A program made the translations under genes and the position numbers. This document shows positions 38,622-52,725 of a DNA stretch of 64,000 nt, piece after piece (the first letter of the stretch is position 1; every line of letters starts with the position of its first letter). The stretch is from Octopus sinensis (Eukaryota). The notes under the pieces are model-generated. The model made no database searches. It was not told the origin of the DNA and saw nothing but the letters and a program-made list of their open reading frames with translations. The stretch is taken from NCBI RefSeq assembly GCF_006345805.1, contig NC_043001.1, positions 56,606,001-56,670,000 on the forward strand. The letters are read 5' to 3'.

Positions 38622-39125
38622 TAAACTTAGATAAACTTAGATGTGTTTCGACCAATGATTGGTCCAGGCCATGTCTACCTTAATAGCACCACTTGATAGG
38701 ATTATTTGAATCCTGTTTAAGTCAAGTTTTGCTTATGGTCCATTCAAGTAGTGAGTTTTTGTTGGGTGAGTTGTATCCAATTATGGGTGGCTTATCTGGT
38801 ATCCTTTGAAGGAATCTATCCAGACTCCGTTTAAAGTTGATGGGATCCTGTTCCTCTTTGATCTCTTTCGGGACAATGTTAAATAGGGCAGAGCCTGTTG
38901 AGGAAAAGAAATTATGTTGTAGTGTATAAGTATGCTGTGATCTTGAATTGGGCAGGGGACGTATGGCCCGTGGTCCCAGTCTTGGATGAACCTTGAAGCT
39001 TATGTTCAGGTCGTTTGGGCAAAGTTGGCGGTATATTCTCCACATCGTACAAATGATGTACCGCTCACGGCGACGCTGGAGAGAGTAGAGTTTCAAGGCT
39101 TTAAGGCGATCCCAATAATCGAAAA
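38622..39125 (-). mobile_element. CR1-group LINE 3' end with (TCTAAGTTTA)2 terminal repeat
   Basis: YWDRLKALKLYSLQRRRERY...GSALFNIVPKEIK..FKRSLDRFLQRIPD, followed by a hairpin GACCAAT-C-ATTGGTC and a tandem 3' repeat. Confidence 0.8.
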
Positions 39126-39659
39126 TACATACATAAATACATACACACACACACACACACATATATACTGATGTACTGATGACGTCTTTTGACAATGAAA
39201 CGTGTGCCTTTTGTTTTCAGGCAATCAAGCTGACTTTCCTTAACGGCAAGTCAATTTTAGTGAATCCTCATTGTTAGGATTACCTCCCTTCCTCATTTGA
39301 AGTTGATCTCAACTGATATCTATCGATTATTTTATACCTTCTTTGGAAGTAGGAATAATTTCAATAAAACAGGAATTTATTTTGTATAATTTTTAGTATA
39401 ACCTTATTTATCTTAGCTTATAATCGCTTACAAGCTAAATGAAAGTACTCAATGCATGTCATACGTGTTATAGATTTTATATTTATTTGAAGCCACAGAA
39501 AGATTCATGGCCTTGCCTAATCGACCAAACGTAGTAGAAATGTCCAAATAACAGCCCAGTGAACAATTAGACTCATTTCTGTCTTCCTCTATGTATGTAT
39601 GCATATGTGTATGTATGCATATGTGTATGTATTTATCTTCTCCCTTTCGCTTTCTCAGT

Positions 39660-40400
<741 letters not shown>

Positions 40401-41449
40401 TAAGTATGTATAGTGATAAAACTGTTGGAATTGAATGCACAACCCTGAAAGTGCGCTAGTTATTACATAGTTTATCTTGTATGGATCAGGTTGTAACTGG
40501 AAAAGCACCCATATTTTGTATATTTGTTTTATCGCGATAAATAAACATGGCTTTCCATCAATTCATTGTTATGAACACGATAAAGCAATTAGCAGCAGTA
40601 TATCGAAAGGAAATGATGTTGGAGAAACGTTCTAAAGACTATGATTACATACAAAATAAATTTACAGATAAAGAGGCAGAAATATAATTAAATAACAAAA
40701 TATCTTAGCAGTTATTACCAGTGGCATTGCTCTCTATTTAGCGTCGCGACTGCATAATACTTTGTGAAGAAACTGATAGATATTTCCTGAAGTACTATTT
40801 AGATATTTTGTGGTCGAAGTACAACCTTCACGTTTCTCTTTGTATTATATTCATGTGCAAGTAGAAGTTTGCGTTTATACCGATTGAGAGTTTTTAGACT
40901 TATAACTGATCATTTATTAGCATGAAATGAAATAAACTGCGTAGCGTTGCCAATGTTTAACAACAATTTTCAAGGGGTTTCAAACAAACAAAGATAAAGT
41001 AGTTCTGTATGAAAACAGTCCATATTTTAACTAGTCCGAGTAGCTCTTCGGAATTGTGTACGGATTGTAAGTGTCCTACAGAACTTGAAAGCATTACCCT
41101 GAACAATTCATAATATATTTGATGTCTTCGGAAGACGAATCGCTTTTCAATATCAAGAGATATAAAATATAACACAACACAAAAGCACTAGACACATTGT
41201 TTAGAATTTTTAATTCCAGCGAAGTCGTCTGCAAAAATAAAAATAAAACTAGTCAATATACTTGACAGCTAATAAACAATAGCCTATTTGTATCGAATTC
41301 AAACAATACATCTTTATAATATGCAAAAGATAACAAACAGAAACAATATGTACGCGTGCGTATGAGCCTGTATGCGTGTGTGCGTACGTACATAAAAGAC
41401 CGACACATATATACATATGTATATATAGATATATTTATGCGTGTATTAT

Positions 41450-41514
<65 letters not shown>

Positions 41515-41532
41515 TATACACATACATATATG

Positions 41533-41575
<43 letters not shown>

Positions 41576-41642
41576 TTTATATTGTCATAAAAATGTATCC
41601 TCCTCCCTCTCCCTGTATATATATGTATAAATATATATAATC

Positions 41643-41706
<64 letters not shown>

Positions 41707-41970
41707 CCTACCTATCTATCTATCTATCTATCTATCAATCTACATATATATAATTGTATATAATAAATTTATACGTAAATATAAGCTCAAATATACATAA
41801 ATATATATAGTTATATGTACACATTTATATAAGAGATGAATTTTCCTATATACATCTGTATGTACACAAACACAAACACAAACACAAACACAAACACACA
41901 TTTATGTACAATATATATCAATAACAATATGCGTGTTATACATACACAGAGATGCACACACACATAGGAG

Positions 41971-42004
<34 letters not shown>

Positions 42005-42055
42005 TAATAATATATATATATATATATACATACATACATTCATACATATATACAT

Positions 42056-42128
<73 letters not shown>

Positions 42129-42168
42129 ATATATATACATATATGTACATATATATGCATATATATGT

Positions 42169-42209
<41 letters not shown>

Positions 42210-42210
42210 C
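41450..42210. repeat. (TA)n/(CTAT)n/(CAAACA)n microsatellite field
   Basis: Direct. Confidence 0.95.
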
Positions 42211-43789
42211 ATTTTACGTGTATGTACATATAAGTTTGTGAGTGTGTGTGTAAGGCAGTTATTTGTTATGTGTACGTGTGCTTTTTCTATTTATGTTTAT
42301 ATATTGTGACCATGCTTGTTAATTTATCAGAAAACAAGAAAGCTATTTGTGAAACAATTATTCCAAACTTTAATATTACATCAAAACAAGCCATCAGCTA
42401 AACTAGTCTTGATAAAAAGGAAACATTAAATGAACGAGAAATATGGAAATTTCTTTCTTGGAAGCATTAATCAATTCATTAATAGGAAAGTCTCAAGGGG
42501 ATAAATATACTGGTTGAAAATTGTTAAAGAAATTAGGGACATGTGTTTGGGAATTGTACGTTGGCAAAAGAGTAATTTATAAATTTTCATTCTCAAATAA
42601 TTATTCTTGGAAAACAAGCGCAAAGAACAGTCTTCTTTATATATTCACAATGTTTACACGAACGTTGTTTGCATGGGTATATCTGCGTGTATGGGTATAT
42701 CTGTGTAAGTAAGAGAGTGAGCATATGCATGAATATACAATATATATATATATTATATATATATATATGTGTACACACTCACACATATATATAAATACAT
42801 ATGTATGTATGTATATATATATATATTTATGTATGTGTGTATATACATACATACATTCATACATATATACATACATACATGTATATATATATATATATTA
42901 TATATATATATTTATGTATGTGTGTATATACATACATACATGTGCGTTCACGTTTGAGAATGTGCCAATGCGGGTGTGCTATTTATTGCTGGTGATGGTT
43001 GTATGTATTGAAGAATTCTTTATCAAAGGTATTAATATAGCAAATTATTGCAGTGTTTGATTCAGTTTTCTGACGTACCTGTGTTTACACAAGTGATGTG
43101 TTTACATCCTCTAATCTCCTCCCTCTTTTTCACTTTCTCTCTCTATCTCTCTATCTCTCTATCTCTCCATCTCCGTCTCTTTATTTCTCCCTGAGTCTCC
43201 CGCTCCCTCTGTTTCTCTCTATGAAGCTGCATCTCAGTTCCTTTCTCTATTTCGTGTTAAAATATTTATCCTTATTAATAATATTCTAATAGATTTGCCT
43301 TTCATAAACATTGTGATGGAAGTTGGGATGTTCATCTACATCTAAAACCGAGTGCATATCTAATGTACATGCATAAACTTACGTTACAATGTATGCGCAC
43401 CCCCCCACACACACTCATACGCACGCACACACACAGACACAGACACACAAACATATCATCAATCACAAACATGTCCATCAATCACAAAAAAGCGCAGTCT
43501 ATAATAGAATAATTATTTTTCTATATAGCATCGACAAATACGTTACAGGTTATGACATATGCATATCTATCTATCTATCTATCACATTCTCTTTCACGCT
43601 TATACACACATACACTCATACACACACACACACACACATTTCGCTTAAACATCGCGATACTAGTAACGTGGGGTAGAACTCAATATACGTGTGCCTCTGA
43701 ACGAAGAGTTAATCGAGTACAGAGTGGTAGTAATAAAAGAAATGAGATGACAAGAAAAACATTTAAACATGTTTAAACGTATTTGTTTT

Positions 43790-44730
43790 CCCAAATAAAT
43801 TGCACTTCATGCCATCCGGTGAGCAATCCGGTTGCGATGTCTTTCCTACGCGCTTTCCTTAAGTTTCTGAGGAAATCTCCCTCTTTTCTAGCTTTCTTTG
43901 TCTCTATTACCGTACTAACCTAATCGATTCTATTCTAGCCATCCTTTACACGGAGCACCACTATTTGTTGTTCACAATTAAAGTCATCAGAGTCTGCTTA
44001 ATTAATTTGCTGGTTGCTACACGTTCAGATTCCAGTAACCGGGTCTCTATTTTTGGAAAGTATCGAAGTCGATCGTACAGGTAACTAATTTCTAATCTGT
44101 ATATTGACTGTTTTGAAATGTGGAAAACTTTTGTTAGATTTGTCTGCAGGCCTACAGAATGCTTTAATGCGATGCATTCTGGGTGACACGATGCAGTCGC
44201 CATATCCACATTGGCACATTCGGAAAATCCAGTTAGTTCCTGTCAGACAGTTGGGAATATCTGAGAAGAACTACGAGGCTTTTGCACACCCACATCTATC
44301 TACGAGCTTCTCACAATCCAAGCATGTGTCCATGATGGCGTTTCCACCATCATAGGTACTCTAGCAATGATGAGCGACTCATTCCGAAGAAAAATTTCAT
44401 GCGTCTGAATAAATCCCACTCTCTCGTCCTTGACCGTGTACCCTTTTCGTCACCTTTCACTTCCAGGACTACAGCTTTGTACGAAAAAAGATGGTCCCCG
44501 TCGTGAGATCCAGACAAAACAGCATCTCTTGCTCCCAATTATGGAGTTGGAGATAAATAGATCTCGTATCCACCGAAAAGGGTCTAAAAAGCTTTTGAAT
44601 TGAAAATTCTTGTCTCACTGATGTCTGCTACACCTGCATTTAGTATCAGGAAGCCATTGAGTAGGTATCTCAGTTTCGAAGGTTACACTAGGCTATGTAA
44701 ATTTACAGCGCCTATTCTGAGTAAGGCAAC
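43790..44730 (-). mobile_element. Tx1/L1-like LINE ORF2 N-terminus: APE endonuclease pseudogene
   Basis: LRIGAVNLHSL..KLRYLLN...ADISETRI, GYEIYLSP, GNAIMD (the GDxN motif, degenerate), LDFPNVPMWIW, GYWNLNV and NNK*WCSV, with stops and frameshifts. Confidence 0.8.
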
Positions 44731-44899
44731 GGTTGACAGAATGAGGAACGTGAAAAAGGACCACGTACCGTATTCCTATAGAGGTACAGGTTTCAACACT
44801 CCGGCTAATTACGTGTGTTTCTACAAGCAGTCCCCTATAAAGTATATTATTGATATTCACTTTGTTATCTAATACTCTGTTGGGAGTATTTGCTGATTT

Positions 44900-46100
44900 T
44901 TTTTATAGCGCTCTCTACGTTTTGAGATATTCAAATAATTTTTATGTGTTGGTGTGTTATGAAACTATTCTGAGTTATGTCTCTGTGTTGATGTATGTAT
45001 TCCATTAACTCTCTGGTGTTTGTATTTATGGCAGTATAATTTATACTGTTTCTGAGCGATTTTCCTTCTTTTGTGTGTATAATGGTTTTGCTGGTATTTG
45101 TGATGATGCACGTCTCTGTGGTGTTGGTGATTGTAATGTTGGAGACAGTGATAGTGATTGTAGCTGGTAGTACTGATATTGTTGGAGATGGTATCGTTGT
45201 TGGAAGATGTTTCTTCTGTTCCTTTGTATCTCCCAGCTTGTTCAGTTGGTGTGTTGTCTCTCTTTTCCGTTTTATTTTTCTTGTATGTTACCTTTTGCTA
45301 TATGATTTCTTCTCCGTCACCTTCGCCACTTGAAATATCTGGGTTTGGTGTTTCCTTTAGTGTCTTCACGGTTGGTGCCGTTTTTACTGCTGCTGCTGTT
45401 GCCATCGACGCTGCTATTGGTGTTGCTGCCATTGCTAATTCGTGGCAGGTGATTTGAGTGTTTAGTTGCTGTCGTTGTTGCTGTTGTGGTTGCACTCTGC
45501 TGCTAGTTTTGTTGCTGTTTGTGCTTTTGCTGTTTTCGTGATGATGTCGGTAGAAGCAGTATTCTTTCTTCTCTCCACCTTTGCTGTAAACAGGACGCTT
45601 ATGGAATGTTTGTATCACCATACAAGTGAAATCTTATCTCTCTGCTCTCAATGGCTACGTACAGTTTTGTGCAGCCTGACAGACTGATCAGATCCGAGAT
45701 AGGTTCCATACTCTCTTAATTTGTTTGGATCAATAGATCCATCCTTTGGCCTGATCTATTTTATTTCTGCATCCTCTGGATCTGCAGAATATTGTGTTTC
45801 GGATCACTTTCGGATCACATTCAGAACATGTATTCTTATACTCTACAGTCGAGTTAGGACGGTATGTGAAACAATTTAATTTAGTGCTTCCATTACACAT
45901 CTTCTATCAGGTATATATACTCCCGTACATTCTGGCGCCCCATATGAGGATGAGGTTCTTTACAATTTGCTGTTGTGTTATTTGTTTTTTCCCAGCTTTT
46001 TCTTCCTATCTTTTTATAAGTTGCAGTTTTCAGATTTATTTCTTGTCGGATGGATTCTGGAATGACTAATTCTCCGTTTCGGTCAAACCTGGTAAAGAGA
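44900..46100 (-). mobile_element. Possible ORF1/5' region of the adjacent LINE
   Basis: Lies upstream of the endonuclease in the same orientation, with low-complexity Ala/Thr/Gln-rich frames. No diagnostic motif recognised. Confidence 0.3.
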
Positions 46101-46803
46101 TATTAGCATTTCATTTTTATTTCGTGAAACGTTTATTTAATTATCATCCAAGTCCAGAGCGTTTGCGAACCTGATAACTTCAAATTTGATAATCGTGGTG
46201 TCTTGATTTTTATTTTTATTCACCCTAATAATGGTGGTGCTGGTGGATGTCGAGTTTTCAGGGTTGTTGAAACGAAAATTGGTTTTATTTTTTATGTATT
46301 TTTTGTTCATTTTTGTCGTTATTTTAATGTATTCTTTTTACTATAGTTGTTTCGGTCGGCCCTATTGTGGGCAATATTGCTAGTATCAGTGTTTTATCTA
46401 ACATGGCTTTTCAGTTGTCTTTTTTCAAACGGTGTTGCTGTTGCTATTTTTACATTCCCAGTCGAAAGATTGTTGCTAGAGATGGATATTGGGTATTGGA
46501 ACAGCTAACAGTACGCCGAGTATGCCATGCCATATAGTTTTAATTTCCATATATGCAACTTCATCAGGAAAACAACTCGAAATTCTTTATGAAGGGGCAA
46601 AAACTTCATCTAGCCCAAGAAAATGCTTAATAATAGAATGGTACTACAGATATAAAAAAATTCTTCCTCCAAAACAACACTATTTAGCGACAATATATGA
46701 GCACCAAAACGATGTCTTCCTTTAACGATTGCATTGACAATGATAAATATAAAAAAGTTTTCGTACATTATCAGCAGTCTTCAAGGTAGGGGCGAGTTGA
46801 TTG

Positions 46804-47378
46804 TATTCAGTTCAGAAACTGGAACAGAACTCTATCCTTCCACAAGCTCAAAAAGGTTGTAAAAGGAATTCTTATGGATGCAAAGATCAATTACTCATCA
46901 ATAAAATGATTGTAGAGAATTGCCGGAGCAAAAAGAACCTGAGTAGTGCATGAATAGACTACAGGAAAGCGTTTGATAGTGTCCCACATAGTTGGCTTCT
47001 CAGGGCCCGTGAGATATGCAAGATCTCTTCCGTCGTCTCCTAATTCTTACAAGGTAGTATGGCCAAGTAGAATACATGTCCCCTTCTAAACTATAGTAAT
47101 GGGATGAGCCAATTTAACAACATCAAACGACGCATCTTTCAAAGTGCATCCCTCTCCCCATTACTCTTTTGCATGGCACTGATCCCACTCTCAAACGAAC
47201 TTAATAACACCGGGTATGGGTTCAAAGTGAATAATGTTATAGTAAATCATCTGTTTTATGTGGATGATCTGAAGCTGTTTGCTAGAAATGACGAATAGCT
47301 ATTAACGACTGTTAAAGAGATCAGCAATGACATCGGGATGGATTTTGACCTTCATAGGTGTGCTAGAGTACATACAGA
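46804..47378 (+). mobile_element. R4/Dong-clade RT pseudogene (motifs 2-5)
   Basis: QKGCKRNSYGCKDQLLINKMI, IDYRKAFDSVPHSWL, IFQSASLSPLLFCMALIPLS, NHLFYVDDLKLFA, DIGMDF. Confidence 0.9.
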
Positions 47379-47574
47379 CAGGCAAATAAATGCTAACGGA
47401 CCAAAAAGACATAAGACCAAAAACAAGATATGGTAGTGCTTACTGAAAGAAACGTCACAGTAAAGGAAAATGAAGATTTCTTGAAAACTAAAGGGTGTTA
47501 CCATAGTTCATTGGAAGTGAACAGCTGACACCGTAGTACATCTTCAGTGTTAGAAGCTGCGCAAAGACAATAAA

Positions 47575-47758
<184 letters not shown>

Positions 47759-47769
47759 CAGCAATGTTA

Positions 47770-47951
47770 GATGCCCTGATGCAGTATCAGGCACTGGCTC
47801 TCATGGCTTCTGATCTTAACTAATTTGAAGTGCTAACATGCACATTGTTTTGTCTTGGTATGAAAGATGGGCTACAGCAAATATTCTGCTCAATACCACA
47901 GATTTGTTTGTTAGTTGTTTGACTTTAACCAGTTGAGCATGTTCCTTGGTG
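47770..47951 (+). mobile_element. Non-coding dispersed repeat starting next to (AAT)n (5' part)
   Basis: 47869-47951 is homologous to the reverse complement of 49915-50000. Confidence 0.75.
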
Positions 47952-47959
47952 AGAATGTT

Positions 47960-48140
47960 ATAAATAGAAGCCTGTATTGATATGCTTTACTCCTTTTTCT
48001 GAAACGGACAAAGATCGAGCTACAGAACTTGGATAGAACAGTTAGAAAGCTATTCACAATGCACAACGCTGTCCACCCTAAAACCAATACCCACAGACTC
48101 TACCTACTAAGAAAGGAATGTGGCGGAGGATTACTCTAGA
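47960..48140 (+). mobile_element. R4/Dong RT downstream fragment
   Basis: RTKIELQNLDRTVRKLFTMHNAVHPKTNTHRLYLLRKECGGGLL. Confidence 0.8.
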
Positions 48141-48269
48141 TTGTATACTATGTTTAGTTCTACTGTATTTTCAGCGTTCATTAATTCCTTTCCTCCATCC
48201 ATTATTTTCTTGTAAAGCAGTTCACATCTAATTGGGGAACATGTTTCTATGTATAGCCAGCTGTTTCCT

Positions 48270-48680
48270 CGTCTACCAGTCGATATTCTTCAATTTTCTT
48301 TGCTCGATACGTTATTAGTGATTCTGACATCAAGTTGATTGCTTGTGTGGTATTTCTGGTATTCACTTTTGGTTTCAAAGGCTTCTTAATTCTAAGAAAA
48401 TACTCTTTACTGATGACTTTCTTCATTTCAATACTTTTGATTTTGTCACTTTCCAGTATTCCGAGATGCTTATATGCCGTTTCTACACTTAAAGATTTTA
48501 TATTCTCACCATCAGGTACATCCATTCAAGCACATTTTACGATTGATTTTTTTCCCTGCTTCATCTCCATCATAGCTCATTTCTCGATACTGCATGTCAT
48601 CCAAATGTCACTACTAAATAGCCTTCCTGTTCACACCAAAGAATCCAGTCGATTCTTGTCTTTGCCATAAAGCTTTAAAA
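48270..48680 (-). mobile_element. Second R4/Dong RT fragment (motifs 5-7), opposite strand
   Basis: LYGKDKNRLDSLV..FSSDI, PDGENIKSL..AYKHLGILESDKIK..EMKKVISKEYFLRIKK..NTRNTTQAIN. Confidence 0.85.
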
Positions 48681-48849
48681 TGTGTATGAAAAAGCGATAA
48701 TTTGCGTTCCCCAATTCTAGTTTAGTGAATATCCTTCTTTAGCTTTGTTTAGAATAATTGATAAAGGGTCAGTGCTATTACAAACAAAGCGAATGGAAAA
48801 TACCTCTTTGACTTAGAAATTGAATAATATAGAGGGAGAGTGACTCAGA

Positions 48850-49335
48850 ATTATAAGAACTGACAGATGAAAGTCACATGATAAACGAAAGTTGTTCAGA
48901 GAATCTGGAGAATGTAACTATCGTAGCTAACCAGGAATATGCTACTCTCACAGATGAAGCAAAGTAATTTGATGTGGACAACCTTTCATGATAATCAACT
49001 AGAATCCCTTGAGAAACTGAGATAGAAGCTGATAGAGCTAGAGGAGTTAGAGTCACTGAATTTGAGGACTTGAAGGAGGCGTACTAAGGTTAGAAAAAAC
49101 CCCCCATCAAAAGTCAACATTGTGATTGATGAGATTATCTGTAAAAGCATTAAAGATATCAAAGCATTGATATTATTGGGCTCCATGTTGATGCTGACAC
49201 TTTGCGAATTTTGAGGGGGTAAAGTCAAAAGAAGGACGAGCAAGTACCGTGATAGAAAAGGTAGTTTCTAATGAAGATTAGCTGCATTATTTAAGGAACG
49301 GTGTAAGTGAGCTGAACCAATGGAAACTGGGTAAA
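48850..49335 (+). mobile_element. Probable R4/Dong N-terminal region remnant
   Basis: Patchy similarity only (..RNGVSELNQWKLGK resembles RKDLSRL..WK.GK). Confidence 0.4.
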
Positions 49336-49486
49336 GTAAAGAAAGAAAAACACAGAGATAGAATAGAAGAAATGGGATTTGGATAACGACAGAAGAGCAC
49401 ACAAAGGAAAGAAGTCACTAAAATTAGAGAGGGCTAAGGAAGACAAATTGAGTATAAGCAAAATCACCACCATTATTATTATTATA

Positions 49487-49540
<54 letters not shown>

Positions 49541-50000
49541 GAGAGAGAGAGAGGGAGAGAGAGAGAGCAGTGAATGCCATCAAAGAGACACTGGAGTAAA
49601 ATATACAAAGCCCAATATTCCCATCTGATAAGGGTACACCAGGCACATGCACAACAGCCATATGTGCGCGACATGGTGAGCTCATAACATGATAAACAAT
49701 GCATGACCTTGCAGCTGTAGCCCAGTTAGAATCTTCCTCAGATCGAGCAGTCCATCCCACTCAAAAGGTCCCTGAATAAGGGTTGTTTAAGGATGTTGAA
49801 CTAAACACCCATGTTTCCTGAGGTGAATTATCCAAACGTCAAATAATTCCTCTCAACACTTGGCTATGATGCTCCCACACTAATTCTGCTCGTGATCAGA
49901 GATGCACATATCGTCAGCCACTAAGGCACATGCTCAACTGGTTAAGGTCAAACAACTGAGAAGCAGATCTGTGTTTAGAGCAGAATACTTGCTGTAGCCC
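49541..50000 (-). mobile_element. Non-coding dispersed repeat ending in an (AAT)n tail
   Basis: Same family as 47770-47951; its 3' end GCACTGCTCTCTC-type sequence abuts (TTA)n at 49470-49540. Confidence 0.75.
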
Positions 50001-50041
50001 GTAGTTGTTGTTGGTGTTGATGTTGTTGTTGTTATTATTAT

Positions 50042-50165
50042 GAAGGTAGCGAGTTGGCAGAATCATTAGTTCACCAGACGAAATGCTTAGCAGTATTTTG
50101 TCCATCTTTACCTTCTCCACTGAAGTCAATGATATAATCGACTATCCTCCTCCCCACAAATTTCA
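50042..50165 (+). mobile_element. SINE family C, internally deleted
   Basis: GAGTTGGCAGAATCATTAG...GAAATGCTTAGCAGTATTT. Confidence 0.75.
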
Positions 50166-50781
50166 GACGAGATGCAGTTATATCCAAAATCCAGCAGATG
50201 TACCCATGTGGAAACTTTAGTTTCCAGAACATAGAAAATTTTTTGCCATGTTACATAGATTCTAGTGGCGAAGACAAAGCATTTCCTGGGCTACATCTTA
50301 AAGAATGCTGCTTTGTTTAAGTCTAATTTAATGTAGGTAAGGCCAATTCTTTTTCAGAAATACTGAAACTGTTATCTTTATAGATCTACTTCATAAAGCT
50401 GTGAGTTATTCTAACTTTAATGCAATTTTTTAATCACCGCATATATTGCACTTCCAATATTTGGATGTGTGGATTTACCTTCGAGAATTCAAATTGCCAT
50501 ACTTTATAAAATACCTTTTCCATGTGTGATTTATTTCTGATACTCTCTCGTTTCGACTAATTTTTCAAATTATATTAATAATTAAAGTATTTTTTAGAAA
50601 GAAGATATTACGTTAATTAATTGTTGCAGATGTTCTATTAAACCGAATATGTCTTTATTACAAAAACTCCTGGGTTATTCGTAGCTGATTTTCAAATCCG
50701 ACTCTCTCTGTTTTTCAGTTTGTTTCTCTCTCCCTCTCCTCTCCCTCTCGCACTTTCTCAGTCTGTCTGTCTCTCTCTCCA

Positions 50782-50821
<40 letters not shown>

Positions 50822-51574
50822 AGCACACACACACACACACACAAGCACACACACACACAAAAACGCAAATAATGGATACAGATGAGTCAAGAGAAGACTA
50901 TTTGAGACTTTTATCAACAATGATTGGAATGAAGGATCCTCGTATACTGGATAAACTTGTGAACAATTTTTAAAAAAAACGCGAGTAAGTAGGAGACAAT
51001 AGGATCATAGCACGACATCAAGTCCTAGAACATATCGTTTGTCAACCCTACACCTAAAACTAATCGAGCACATAAACTTAGGAAAGAAATTCAGAAAAAC
51101 AAAACTAAAAGATTTAAAGGAGAAGAAAAAGAAATAGACTTTAAATCATTAATAAGTAGATCAAACGGACAGCAGCCATTGTTTCCAAACCGAAACTGCA
51201 CTTAAAGACAAAATTAGTGCAGTATTATATCATGTGAGATGAAACGTTTCGTAGTACTTGTGAAGGGTTTGTAAAATGCTGGCGTCAGAATATCGAAAAG
51301 AGATAAATATCTACATTTTACTGGCACACAAAAAAATAAATATTTTTGGTCAATAAATAGCGTGGAAATAAAAAGTACTTTCTACGCAGCCATCTACTTC
51401 GATGCTCCCTGATACCGCGAACCTACTAGCAACTATCCGATTTGTTGTTGCTGCTGCTGTTGTTTTATTTTTGACGTTGGTTTCGCTGCTGTCTTTTGTT
51501 GTTGCTGCTGCTGCTTTTGTTGTTCCTCCAATTGCTGTTGCCGCTGTTGCTGCTAATGCAGTTGTTGCTTGAAT

Positions 51575-51700
51575 AGGTGCATGGTTAGAGCGTTGCACAC
51601 AAAATCGAGAGATTGTGGTTTTGATTCCCAAACCGATAGTGTGTTGTGTTCTTGAGCAAAAGACTTCATTTCACGTTGCTCCAGTCCCCTCAGCTGTATA
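51575..51700 (+). mobile_element. SINE family A head and core
   Basis: TGGTTAGAGCG..TTTGATTCCC..GTTCTTGAGCAAAAGACTTCATTTCACGTTGCTCCAGT. Confidence 0.75.
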
Positions 51701-52579
51701 TGGGTAATCACGTGGATTAGTGTACAAGGTTGTGATAGTGACTCAGGAAAACCATCCGAATGAGGTCTCGCGAGTCACATTTTGTATCCAGCGATCGAAA
51801 GGGTGAATAGTGCAAGCTACTGTAAATCCTGGACTGTTTGGGATTGGTTGTTCAACAACATCGAAGGATGAAAGAAGGCTGTTGCTTGTGTTGGTGCTCT
51901 GGTTGTTAAAATCGTTGCATTTACTGTTACTACGTCGCCCTTACAATTGTTGCTATCGTTGCTGTATTTCCTGATGGTGGTCTTTTGGACGCACTGCTTC
52001 AAACTACGACCCTGGGTGAATAAGGTTAGTAGTGTAATGAATAATATATTCTGCTATCTCTATTCTTTCTCTAGTAGTAGACGTTAGTGATTCCATAATC
52101 TCTACAGTGTAAGAAAAAGCATGAGAACAAATAAAATATTAGAAAACTTCTGTCCTTTTGGGCATTGTAATGCAGTCCCTCTTCTCACCTCCAGTGTAGT
52201 GGAGGTTTTATTGAAAATTCTAATAAACATTCATAAAAAGATACACACCACAGAAAGACAGTATGGACTAAACAGAAAAGGAGAAAACATGTGGAATAGA
52301 GACGTTGAAGTCGTTACAAAATGTATGATGAATGATTTCATGCAAAATACACTAAAATAAGAATAGTAAGAATAAAGCTTAAGTAAAGAACGTGTAAAAA
52401 ACTTCATTTCCTTCTCTTTATTTTGCCAATTAACCACACGCATGTGTGTGACTAATTGGCAAAAAAAAAAAAGAAGAGAAAAATGACCATCCCCGAATAT
52501 ATCAATATAGTAAACAAATTGTTTTCAGCAAAATTACTAAACCTTCGGAAGCCGCTACGACGTACGCCCACTAAAAATA

Positions 52580-52725
52580 ATCTTTTCTACTATAGGCACA
52601 AGGGCTGACATTTTAGGAAAGTGGCTAGTCGATTGCATCGACCTCAGTGCGTCAGTGCGTAACTGGTACTTAATTTATCGACCCAAAAAGGATGAAAGCA
52701 GAGTCGACAACGGTGGAATTTGATA
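52580..52725 (-). mobile_element. SINE family C fragment
   Basis: ACTGGTACTTAATTTATCGACCCAAAAAGGATGAAAGCAGAGTCGAC. Confidence 0.8.

Noticed and set aside
41990-42900. About 45-bp direct repeat at 42024 and 42842 (and a similar one at 3160/3555)
   Set aside because: Composed of TA/CATA units; convergent low-complexity sequence or local slippage is a sufficient explanation.
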